Assembly (NCBI GenBank): GCA_964018205.1
Contig: CAXHOW010000001.1
Location: 158,150 to 222,149 of the forward strand
Length of the DNA stretch: 64,000 nt
Source: an uncultured Acetatifactor sp.
Lineage (GTDB): Bacteria; Bacillota; Clostridia; Lachnospirales; Lachnospiraceae
Reading direction: 5' to 3'
Shown here in pieces: positions 16,129-24,936 of this stretch; the first letter of the stretch is position 1, and every line of letters begins with the position of its first letter. Made by a program: the position numbers and the translations under genes. The notes beneath the pieces are model-generated. The model had not been told where the DNA came from. It did not search any database and worked only from the letters and a program-made list of their open reading frames with translations.

Positions 16129-16983
16129 ATGGAAAAAGCGGGACGGCTTTTGAAAAGAAATATCTTATTTTATTTTTTCGGTGTAGCAGTGATCTTTGGA
16201 TTGAAACTGTTTTACAGCAGGGCAGGCAGCGATGAGCTGAGATGGATTCTGGCTCCCACTGTCCGCTGGGTGGAACTATTAAGCGGTATCTCCTTTGAAT
16301 ATGAGCCGGGGGCAGGCTATGTGAACCATAGCCTGCGGTATCTGATCGCACCTTCCTGCGCCGGTGTCAATTTCATGATCATTATGATCTCTGCGCTTCT
16401 TTTTCCTTTTGTCCATAGGATAGAAATGCCGCAGAAAAAATCGGCAGCTGCGCCGGAAGAAAATCCACAGGGAAAGTTTCGGGAGGAACAGTTATCTGGA
16501 TTCTGGAGAAAGATCTGCTGGACGGCGTGCAGTCTGCCGCTCTCCTATCTGACAACGGTTTTGGTCAACGGCCTGAGGATCATTGCGGCTGTTTATCTGC
16601 CCGATTTTTTCCGCAGGACGGGAATTCTGAACGGACAGCTGTCAGAGGGCAGACTCCATACAGCCATAGGCGTAATGGTCTATTTTGTCTGCCTGCTGAC
16701 AGTCTACCGTCTTGCCGACAGATTCGTATGCAGGCTGGCCGGGAGCGAAGCAATTATGCCGCAAGCAGAAATCTGCCCCAAGAGGGCATCCGAAACTTCC
16801 AAATGTCTGCTGATACCGGCATTCTGGTATTTCTGCATTACACTGGGACTGCCATTTATCAGCCGGGCATGTCATGGAGAAACCGAAGGGTATGGGGAGT
16901 ATGCACTGCTTGTTGCTCTGACGGGCGGATCGGTTCTGGCAGCATATGGGCTGGGAAGGCTGGTTCGAAGAATAATCAGATAA
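16129..16983 (+). CDS. Exosortase/archaeosortase-family transpeptidase
   Basis: 284 aa polytopic membrane protein. Start set at ATG 16129 (AAAGGTGG upstream). Spaced motifs APSCAGVNF (Cys), LVNGLRII (Arg) and RLHTAIG (His) match the family's catalytic signature. Confidence 0.7.
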   Translation: MEKAGRLLKRNILFYFFGVAVIFGLKLFYSRAGSDELRWILAPTVRWVELLSGISFEYEPGAGYVNHSLRYLIAPSCAGVNFMIIMISALLFPFVHRIEMPQKKSAAAPEENPQGKFREEQLSGFWRKICWTACSLPLSYLTTVLVNGLRIIAAVYLPDFFRRTGILNGQLSEGRLHTAIGVMVYFVCLLTVYRLADRFVCRLAGSEAIMPQAEICPKRASETSKCLLIPAFWYFCITLGLPFISRACHGETEGYGEYALLVALTGGSVLAAYGLGRLVRRIIR

Positions 16984-17203
16984 TGGCCCCGCTCCGTTCC
17001 GATATCCGGTCTGTCATACATATCCTGATACTTCCTGCTGTAATGCTTATCGCTTACATCCAGCCGGTCCAGCATCTCCGTCATCTTTTCGTGTTCCTGA
17101 TGATACAGATCTTTTCTAATCGACTTCATCCGCTTTCCATAGGCCTCAACTGATTCTTCTCCGCCAAAAAATGCTTTCTATTCAAAGAGAGCTTATGTAT
17201 GTA

Positions 17204-17425
17204 TCATAATGTATACAGCTCTCCCATAAAATACTGTTCCTGAAAATTAATGGCATCCAAAATATCCTCTGAGCAGATTGATTCTCCATTCAGGCTTACG
17301 ATCCACTTATCTTCATTATCGTTCAGACGGTGGTATACACCAATGACCTTGCCGGTAAATGACTTTAACGGCCCAAGGACTATAAAACCAGGAAACGTGC
17401 CGGGAATGGTTTCGTAAATATCATA
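17204..17425 (-). pseudogene. C-terminal fragment of a small conserved protein; N-terminus lost at the ISL3 junction
   Basis: GKVIGVYHRLNDNEDKWIVS...FQEQYFMGELYTL looks like a real protein tail, possibly a small pyrophosphatase-like family (weak recollection). The upstream part of the ORF overlaps the ISL3 fragment and looks non-native. Confidence 0.3.
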
Positions 17426-17431
17426 TATAAA

Positions 17432-18043
17432 ATGATGGCGGATGGATACGATGATGAGATCATATACCAATATCTCCGGAAATCCGGGGTGTCGACTTCG
17501 CGCAATACATTGTTTGATTACATTAAAGCCATTAGCAAGGAAAACTTTCCGGATCGAAAAAGAATGTATGGCATGAGGCTCATGGATGAAAGATATCCTG
17601 ATGATGTAATTGTCATCAGGCGGAATGAATTATTAAGACACATCCTGACAATAGATCCGAAGAAAGAAAAGGACAAGGTCATTTCTGGAAACCTGGAGAT
17701 CATTAAGAAGAAGTTCCCAATGGTCACATGGGTTGCAGATACATTCCATGAGTTCCACGAGATACTGATGGGTGACGAACCTGAGGAAATAGATAGATAT
17801 ATCGAGAAATATGCTGATACGGAACTGTCCTCTTTCTGTAATAGTTTAAAAAAAGATATCTCTTCGGTCAGGAATGCGATATCCATGGACGTGAGTTCTG
17901 GGTTTGTCGAAGGGAACAACAACAAATTTAAACTCATCAAGCGTATGGTATATGGCAGGTCTAAGATTGTCAACCTGACCAAAAAATGCAAGCTCGCTTT
18001 TCTGATCAAAACTAAAGATTTTACCCTTATGGATCTGATATAA
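17432..18043 (+). pseudogene. ISL3-family transposase, C-terminal fragment of about 200 aa
   Basis: Ends with the ISL3 hallmark FVEGNNNKFKLIKRMVYGRSKIVNL. It lacks the N-terminal half of a 430-530-aa transposase. The region is visibly AT-rich compared with its neighbours. Confidence 0.75.
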
Positions 18044-18101
18044 ATTAAGCCGTCAGAACACTTATCTGACGGCTTAATTGCGGTGCTGTCATACCCAAAG
18101 T

Positions 18102-18397
18102 TCAGAAAGAACCATCCCAATACCAAAAGGAATCCGCACCATGGGAGAGCATATATTCCTCACACAGTTTGCGAAACTCAACAAGCGTCATGCCGAAGTG
18201 CTTCAATGCCTCCTTGATTGCTTTTTCTTTATCCGGCGGACATTGCGGCTGTTTAGCGTCCTCAGACTTCGGCTTATTGTAATTCTCTCGCTCGATGATA
18301 CCGCACTGCTGCTTTACCTGTGCGATATACAAGCTGCTGACTTTTAAGCGCTGTGGTCCAGCACATAATCTTTGATTTCCTGGTAGGTGGCTTTCTT
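18102..18397 (-). pseudogene. Decayed C-terminal extension of rlmD
   Basis: Past the rlmD TAG the same frame reads KKATYQEIKDYVLDHSA*. One frame over it continues LKVSSLYIAQVKQQCGIIERENYNKPKSEDAKQPQCPPDKEKAIKEALKHFGM... This gives about 98 protein-like codons separated by one nonsense codon and one 1-nt frameshift. Confidence 0.45.
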
Positions 18398-20014
18398 CTA
18401 TGCATCAGTCAAATCCAGTTTGCTCATATCCAAGTTGATCTCGATATGTTGCTTTGCATTGAGTTTGGACAACAAACATACCGTCTCTATATTAGCGGTA
18501 TGCGGAAACATATCAACACAGCACGCCCTCGTAACGACATAGCCGTTTTCCGTGAACACCTCCAGATCCCGCACCAGGCTGGTGGGCTTACAGGATATGT
18601 ATACGATGCGTTCCACCCCGTAACCGATGATCTTGGGCAGCGCTTTCGGATGGATCCCGTCCCTCGGCGGATCCAGAATAATGAGATCCGGCTTGTCTTC
18701 TATGGAGTCCAGCACCTTCAGCACGTCCCCCGCAATGAACTCACAGTTTTCCAGCCCGTTTTCTCCGGCATTCCTTCTGGCGGCCTCCACGGCCTCCTCC
18801 ACAATCTCCACCCCTATGACCTTTCCTGCCACAGGCGCCATCATCTGGGCGATCGTTCCGGTGCCGCTGTATAGGTCAAACACCACTTTTTCGGGCCCGT
18901 CGCCGCTCCCAAGCGCTCCGATATAGTCCCTCACAGTCTCATACAGCACCTCCGCGCCGCAGGTATTGGTCTGGAAGAAGGAAAAAACCGATACCTTGAA
19001 CCGAAGTCCCAGCAGCTCCTCGTAAAAATAATCCTGCCCGTAAAGTATGTCCATGCGGTCGCTCTGTACCACATCCGCCTGAGAATCGTTTACAATGTGC
19101 AGGATTCCGGCAAAGCGTCCTTTCAGCTTCCCGCTCTGCTCCAGCTCCAGCAGCTTGGACAAAAAGCCGTCCAGCAGCTGCTTTTCCGTCATATCGCAGG
19201 CCTTTCCACACGGTTCAAATCCGTACGCCGCTCCGGAAGCCGATCCTCCCTCTCTCTCCTGCCTTCCCCACGGATCCTGAGACGTGGTCACAAGAGCCGC
19301 CAGAATCTCTCCCGTGCGGGACGCCTTCCTCACTACCAAATGCCGCAGGTAGCCCTCATGGCGCAGTCTGTGGAAATACCGGATCCTTCTGCCGCATCCT
19401 TCCGCAGGCGCCTTATCGGCAAATCCTTCTTTGCCACCGCCCAAACATTCCCCGTTTAAATATTCTCCGCCAAAATACTCCTGCACAGTCTTTAATATCA
19501 GCCTATAATCCCCGTCCACGATGCGGCAGCCGTCCACTGTCACCACATCATAAAAGCTGCCTTTCTTGTGCATGCCCAGCGTAAGGGGGCCGTCCTTCAC
19601 CTCGTCACCAAAGGAAAATTCCATCTTGTTGCGGTATTCATAGACTGCCGGGCTGCCCTTGATGCCCTCCCAGTCCCAGACATGAGCCTGCTCACGCAGG
19701 CCGGCATCCAGCAGGCGCTTTACCTGCGCCTCCTTGACTTTAAGCTGTTCTTCATAGGGCAGCGACAGATAGGCACAGCCACCGCATATGCCAAAAAGGG
19801 AACACGGACTGCCTGTCTCCAGAGGTGATTTCTCCAGCACCTCCAGAAGACGGCCTTCCGCCTTCCCATTTCGAACCTTATTGACGCTGAGCTTGATTTT
19901 TTGGCCAGGCAGGCTGTTCTTCACGACTATGGTTTCCTCCCCCGCCCTTGCGATTCCCTTGTTGGGAAAGTCTACCCTCTCGACTGTCGCCTCATATACC
20001 TGTCCCTTTTTCAT
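18398..20014 (-). CDS. rlmD: 23S rRNA (uracil-C5)-methyltransferase RlmD/RumA type
   Basis: 538 aa. N-terminal TRAM domain, Fe-S Cys cluster CSLFGICGGC and SAM methyltransferase motifs (VFDLYSGTGTI, LDPPRDG). Confidence 0.85.
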   Translation of the reverse strand: MKKGQVYEATVERVDFPNKGIARAGEETIVVKNSLPGQKIKLSVNKVRNGKAEGRLLEVLEKSPLETGSPCSLFGICGGCAYLSLPYEEQLKVKEAQVKRLLDAGLREQAHVWDWEGIKGSPAVYEYRNKMEFSFGDEVKDGPLTLGMHKKGSFYDVVTVDGCRIVDGDYRLILKTVQEYFGGEYLNGECLGGGKEGFADKAPAEGCGRRIRYFHRLRHEGYLRHLVVRKASRTGEILAALVTTSQDPWGRQEREGGSASGAAYGFEPCGKACDMTEKQLLDGFLSKLLELEQSGKLKGRFAGILHIVNDSQADVVQSDRMDILYGQDYFYEELLGLRFKVSVFSFFQTNTCGAEVLYETVRDYIGALGSGDGPEKVVFDLYSGTGTIAQMMAPVAGKVIGVEIVEEAVEAARRNAGENGLENCEFIAGDVLKVLDSIEDKPDLIILDPPRDGIHPKALPKIIGYGVERIVYISCKPTSLVRDLEVFTENGYVVTRACCVDMFPHTANIETVCLLSKLNAKQHIEINLDMSKLDLTDA

Positions 20015-20018
20015 CTAC

Positions 20019-20288
20019 TTAGTTTTCTCCCTCGTCCACGAAAAAGTCTTCTTCGTCATCATCCGACTCCTCGTCCTCAAAGTCATCCTCGAATTCGTCC
20101 TCGAAATCATCCAGATAATCCGGATGCATGAAGCGGTACACTGCATAGGCAATGCCTGCCACTGCAGCAACGGCTCCGATGATGGCCAGTACCCAGACAA
20201 GCGTCTTGCATTCCTTATGCTCATCTTCTTTCTTCCCAAGCAGTTCATTCAGTCTTGCCATATCGATCAGGTTCTCCAGCTTATTCAT
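20019..20288 (-). CDS. Small single-pass membrane protein with acidic C-terminal tail
   Basis: Start at ATG 20288 (GGAGG 8 nt upstream). TM helix LVWVLAIIGAVAAVAGIAYAVY followed by DDFEDEFEDDFEDEESDDDEEDFF. Confidence 0.6.
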   Translation of the reverse strand: MNKLENLIDMARLNELLGKKEDEHKECKTLVWVLAIIGAVAAVAGIAYAVYRFMHPDYLDDFEDEFEDDFEDEESDDDEEDFFVDEGEN

Positions 20289-20363
20289 AAGACTACCTCC
20301 ATACCAGCAGATATCCTGCCTTTTTATTATCAAGTTTATTATACCATATTCCTATCAAAAATA

Positions 20364-22679
20364 CTACAGTCTTTTTAATTTTGCAAAAGAAGCATACATG
20401 ATTTTTTGTCCGGCCTTGTCAAAGCTCACCGTCACCTTATAGTCCCTGGGCTCCTTCTCGATGCCAAGGACACTTCCCTCGCCGTATTTCACATGGGAGA
20501 CTCTGTCCCCCACGGCATAGGAGAGCTCCTCCGGCCTGCAATAAGGCACTCCCTTAGAGATCCCGGCCAGCCGGTTCAGGCTGCCGATGCCCTGCGCAAT
20601 AAAGGGCTTGTCCGCCTTCGCCGTGGACGTAGGACGCACGATTGCCTTGGGACGTCCAAAGGACTGCCCGGAAGCTTCTGCACCGAAACTATCCCTTCCG
20701 TCCAAGCCTCTGTCTCTTGTCCAAGAGCTCTCTGTCTTCCTGCGTTTAGGTGCCGTTCCTCCGTCCAGCAGCTCCTGAGGGATCTCCTGCACAAAACGGC
20801 TCACTGCGTTGTACTGGGTCTCCCCTCTGATCATTCTGGTTCTTGCGCAGGTCAGAATCAGCTCGTCCATGGCTCTTGTGATTCCCACGTAGGCAAGCCG
20901 CCTCTCCTCCTCCAGATCGGACTTGTCAGGAGAATTCGCCGCCTGATAGCCGGGAAACAGTCCTTCCTCCAGCCCTGCCAGATACACGTCGGGGAATTCC
21001 AGTCCCTTGGCAGAGTGCAGCGTCATCAAAAGCACTCTGTCGTCGTTATCGTCCACATTGTCGATATCCGCCACAAGCGCCACCTCGGCCAGAAATTCTG
21101 TCAGGGAAGCATCCTCATGGCTCTCCGTATAATTCTTTGCCTTGGTGATCAGCTCGTCCACATTCCCTATCCTGTCCTCGGCGCTCTCATCATCATAATC
21201 CTGCAGGTATTCCTTGTATCCTATCCGCTCCACGATTTTTTCGATCAGCCCCGCAAGGTCTCCGGCACATTCCCTGCGAAACTCCTGAATCAGCTGTACA
21301 AAGGGAACGATCTTGGCCGCCGCCCTGCCCAGATCCATGATCTCGTCAGAAAGCTCCATGGCCTGATAAAGCCCGATGCCCCGCATCTGCGCGTAATCCT
21401 CCAGTTTCTCCAGAGTCGCGTTTCCGATGCCCCGTTTCGGTACGTTCATGATACGCCTCACCGCCACATCGTCCCGCCCGGTATCGATGGTCTTCAGATA
21501 CGCCAGAATATCCTTTATCTCCATTCTGGAATAAAAGTTTGTGCCTCCCACCACATTATACGGGATGCCCTCCATGATCATCTGCTCCTCCAGCAGACGG
21601 GCCTGAGCGTTTGTGCGGAAAAGCACCGCACAGTCCTTATAGGCCGCAGCTTCATTCCTGACTCTGCGAAGTATGTCCCCGGCGATGTATTCCGCCTCCT
21701 CGTAGGCACTGTCGAACTGCCGGAAGCCGACCCTGCTGCCGCCGTCTCTGGCTGTCCAGAGGGACTTCTCCTTCCGCCCTTCATTATTATGTATTACCGC
21801 ATTGGCCGCATCCAGAATGAACCGGGTGGAACGATAATTCTGTTCCAGCTTAATGGCTACAGCCTCCGAAAAATACTTTTCAAAGTCCAGAATATTCCTG
21901 ATATTGGCCCCCCTGAACTTATAGATGGACTGGTCGTCGTCACCTACCACACAGAGATTCCTGTACTTGTCCGCCAGCAGCCTCACCAGCTCAAACTGCG
22001 CCGTATTGGTGTCCTGATACTCATCCACCATGATATACTGAAAACGCTCCTGATATGTATCCAGCACATCCGGACACTTCCTGAACAGATCCACCGTCTT
22101 CACTATGATATCATCAAAATCAAGGGCATTGTTGGCGTGAAGCGTCTCCTGATATTCTCTGTACACCTTGGCGTAAGCCTCCTTGCCGAAATCCACTGCC
22201 GCCTCTTTCTCGTATTCCGCCACGGAAATCAGTTCGTTCTTGGCAGAAGAAATCTCACTTAACAGCCCCCGCTCCCGATACACCTTTGGGTCCAGATTCA
22301 TCCGCTTGACAATTCCCTTTATCACCGTTTTCTGGTCGTCCGTATCATAGATGGTGAAGCCGCTGTCATAGCCCAGCTTGTCAATATGCCGCCGCAGGAT
22401 GCGCAGGCAGGCAGAGTGGAAGGTGGACACCCAGACCTGATCAGCTCCGAACTGCACCAGCTTGTCTACCCGTTCACGCATCTCCCCGGCCGCCTTGTTG
22501 GTAAAGGTGATCGCCAGAATGTTCCACGGATTCACCCCCATCTCGTCAATCAGATATGCGATCCGATGGGTGAGCACGCGGGTCTTGCCGCTCCCTGCTC
22601 CGGCCAGCAGCAGCACCGGCCCCTCCGTCTGCAGAACCGCCGCCTTCTGCTCCTTATTTAAAGTATCGTATATGCTCAT
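20364..22679 (-). CDS. pcrA: ATP-dependent DNA helicase PcrA (UvrD family)
   Basis: 771 aa. Motifs GAGSGKT, ITFTNKAA, DEYQDTN, LEQNYRS and TLHSAKGLEF. Confidence 0.95.
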   Translation of the reverse strand: MSIYDTLNKEQKAAVLQTEGPVLLLAGAGSGKTRVLTHRIAYLIDEMGVNPWNILAITFTNKAAGEMRERVDKLVQFGADQVWVSTFHSACLRILRRHIDKLGYDSGFTIYDTDDQKTVIKGIVKRMNLDPKVYRERGLLSEISSAKNELISVAEYEKEAAVDFGKEAYAKVYREYQETLHANNALDFDDIIVKTVDLFRKCPDVLDTYQERFQYIMVDEYQDTNTAQFELVRLLADKYRNLCVVGDDDQSIYKFRGANIRNILDFEKYFSEAVAIKLEQNYRSTRFILDAANAVIHNNEGRKEKSLWTARDGGSRVGFRQFDSAYEEAEYIAGDILRRVRNEAAAYKDCAVLFRTNAQARLLEEQMIMEGIPYNVVGGTNFYSRMEIKDILAYLKTIDTGRDDVAVRRIMNVPKRGIGNATLEKLEDYAQMRGIGLYQAMELSDEIMDLGRAAAKIVPFVQLIQEFRRECAGDLAGLIEKIVERIGYKEYLQDYDDESAEDRIGNVDELITKAKNYTESHEDASLTEFLAEVALVADIDNVDDNDDRVLLMTLHSAKGLEFPDVYLAGLEEGLFPGYQAANSPDKSDLEEERRLAYVGITRAMDELILTCARTRMIRGETQYNAVSRFVQEIPQELLDGGTAPKRRKTESSWTRDRGLDGRDSFGAEASGQSFGRPKAIVRPTSTAKADKPFIAQGIGSLNRLAGISKGVPYCRPEELSYAVGDRVSHVKYGEGSVLGIEKEPRDYKVTVSFDKAGQKIMYASFAKLKRL

Positions 22680-22827
22680 GTATCCCCCTCACATCCTTAT
22701 GCGTCTGTACCGCCTGTCACCGGCCTGATTCCATACATCCGGAAAATCCCTCTTGCTCCTGCCGGTTTCCGGCATACAGCAGCAGATGCCCTCGCTGCAT
22801 CCTGCCCTATGCCGGCAATCCGCATAA

Positions 22828-24147
22828 CTACACCCTATCTCTCTCATTGAACACATCGCCGCATTCAGGGCAGAATTTAGGAGGATGGGCCGGATCCTCC
22901 GGCTCCCAGCCGCATTTGTCACATTTATATAAGGGTGCGCCCTCCGGCTTTCTGCTGCCGCAGTTGGTGCAGAATTTTCCCTGATTCACGGTTCCGCAGC
23001 TGCAGGTCCACCCTGCTCCTGAGGGCTTGGGGCTGCCGCATTCCATACAGAATTTCCCTCTGTTGTCCCTATGCCCGCAGCTGCAGGTCCATCCCAGCAC
23101 CGGCGCATTTGCCTGATTCCGGGCGGCTTGTGCCTGCCCTGCGCCCATGGCGTACAAGGAGGATGCGTTCATACCTCCGGCCGCATTGGCCATGTTCATC
23201 CCCGCAAACGCCATCATAGGTCCGGTGGCAGTGTTGGACGCCGCCGCCTTCATGGCCTCCGCCTGAGCGCCAGCCAGAGTGGCCGCCGCCATGTTGGGAT
23301 TGCGCAGGGTAGCCGTGGTCTGCAGCTCGCTGATCCTTCTGGATATATCCTCGGGCATGGAAGGCGGATTCATTGTCATGCTCACCACCACGATGCCCCG
23401 GAGCTTCTCCCACTTTTCCGACAGCTCGGCGTTTACCGCATCCACCAGCTCCGTCACATGATAAGGGATGTCGGAAACCCGCACTCTGAGCCTGCTCACC
23501 CTGCCTAACGCCGGCTGCATGGCTGTCATCAGCTCCGCCTTCATCTGGTTCTGGATCTGGCTGCGCTTATAGCTGTCCGTCACATTCCCGCAGACATTCT
23601 GATAAAACAGCAGCGGATCCCTGATTCTGAAGGAATAGGACCCGTTGCACCGTATGCTCACGTCTAAGTCAAGGCCTATATTATCGTCTATATACCGGAA
23701 GGGAATTGGCGTCGCCGTTCCATACAGATTGTCCATGATCTCTTTCGTGTTGAAGAAATATACCCTCTGATCCTTGCCCGCATCTCCCCCGAAAGTAAAA
23801 CGCTTGCCTATCATCTTGAAGGTATTGTTGATGCTTTCCCCCAGATCCCCGCCGAACAGGCTGGGCTCCGTTGAGTTGTCATAGACAAATTCCCCTGCCT
23901 CGGCACAGAATTCCACGATGCCGCCCTGCTCCACGATAATCATGCACTGCCCCTCATTGACAGCCACGATGGATCCATTTGAGATGATATTGTCTGATCC
24001 CTTGTTGTTGCTGCCCCGCCCGCTGACACGCTTCTTGCCCTTGGTCACCAGAATGTCGCTGGACAGAGAATCGCAGTAAAAATACTCTCTCCACTGATCC
24101 GCCAACATCGAGCTGACTGCCTCCTTAGCCGCTTTAATTAATCCCAT
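22828..24147 (-). CDS. SPFH-domain protein (COG4260-like) with three C-terminal zinc ribbons
   Basis: 439 aa. N-terminus MGLIKAAKEAVSSMLADQWREYFYCDSL. C-terminal motifs CSCG..FCMEC, CSCG..FCTNC and CDKC..FCPEC. Confidence 0.8.
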   Translation of the reverse strand: MGLIKAAKEAVSSMLADQWREYFYCDSLSSDILVTKGKKRVSGRGSNNKGSDNIISNGSIVAVNEGQCMIIVEQGGIVEFCAEAGEFVYDNSTEPSLFGGDLGESINNTFKMIGKRFTFGGDAGKDQRVYFFNTKEIMDNLYGTATPIPFRYIDDNIGLDLDVSIRCNGSYSFRIRDPLLFYQNVCGNVTDSYKRSQIQNQMKAELMTAMQPALGRVSRLRVRVSDIPYHVTELVDAVNAELSEKWEKLRGIVVVSMTMNPPSMPEDISRRISELQTTATLRNPNMAAATLAGAQAEAMKAAASNTATGPMMAFAGMNMANAAGGMNASSLYAMGAGQAQAARNQANAPVLGWTCSCGHRDNRGKFCMECGSPKPSGAGWTCSCGTVNQGKFCTNCGSRKPEGAPLYKCDKCGWEPEDPAHPPKFCPECGDVFNERDRV

Positions 24148-24342
24148 ATGATCATCCTCCGGTTCTTTTTGATCGATTCAACCTTTTATTCCTACTATTC
24201 TACCAAATTTTCTCCGTTCCCTCAACCGCTTTTAAAAAATTAATCTTTACAAAAGGATACTTTTCCACTAGACTGTAGAGGGTATCTTTTTTTCATCTGC
24301 TTAAGGTATCACATATATTTATACAAAAAGGAAGGAATCGTT

Positions 24343-24828
24343 ATGGGCAAAAAAGCCACCAAGGCCGCCGACAACAGATATTATCTCGCACGCTCGGAGG
24401 CGGCAGCGCAAAATCCCGATTTTTCCAGCCGTGAGAAGGCTGCTGAGATAATAGGCATTGACCGCACGAGACTGGCGCGTATCGAGCTGGACACCATCAC
24501 CCCCTATCCTGAGGAAGTCAAGGCAATGGCAACGGCCTACAACATCCCGGAGCTGTGCAATTCCTACTGCGCAAGAGAGTGTCCTCTGGGCCGCAATACC
24601 GTAAGAGAAGTCACCATCGACGATTTTGACCGTCTCGCGCTGAAGGTGCTGGGCTCCCTTAAGGATATTGATTCTCTGAGGGCATCCTTGATTGCCATCT
24701 CGGAGGACGGCATCATCGAAGAAAATGAACGTCCCGCCTTCCAGGAAATACTGGACTCTCTGGAAAAGATCAGCACCAATGCCAAGGCCCTGCAGCTCTG
24801 GGCGATCAAGAATATTAAATTAAAGTAG
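24343..24828 (+). CDS. XRE-family helix-turn-helix regulator
   Basis: 161 aa. HTH segment REKAAEIIGIDRTRLARIE. AAGGAAGG RBS. Confidence 0.65.
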   Translation: MGKKATKAADNRYYLARSEAAAQNPDFSSREKAAEIIGIDRTRLARIELDTITPYPEEVKAMATAYNIPELCNSYCARECPLGRNTVREVTIDDFDRLALKVLGSLKDIDSLRASLIAISEDGIIEENERPAFQEILDSLEKISTNAKALQLWAIKNIKLK

Positions 24829-24857
24829 CTATATGCCTTGCTGCATAAAGTGCAGAA

Positions 24858-24901
24858 AGAAAGGCTGCGTGCTCCAGCGAGCGCAAAGCCTTTCTGTTTT
24901 T
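24858..24901 (+). terminator. Rho-independent terminator after the XRE gene
   Basis: AGAAAGGCT ... AGCCTTTCT stem followed by GTTTTT. Confidence 0.55.
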
Positions 24902-24936
24902 ATCAATATAACCTTACGCCGTCCCCGGTCTCCGCC

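Noticed and set aside
16872-17129. 85-aa minus-strand ORF overlapping the exosortase 3' end
   Set aside because: Its protein-like part (16984-17177) has no start codon of its own and is truncated. The portion overlapping the exosortase gene looks non-coding. It is treated as a gene fragment within the finding on the fragment patchwork.
20406-22262. 618-aa plus-strand ORF
   Set aside because: It is antisense to pcrA, whose helicase motifs are unambiguous. Its composition (R/H/L/P/G-rich) looks non-coding.
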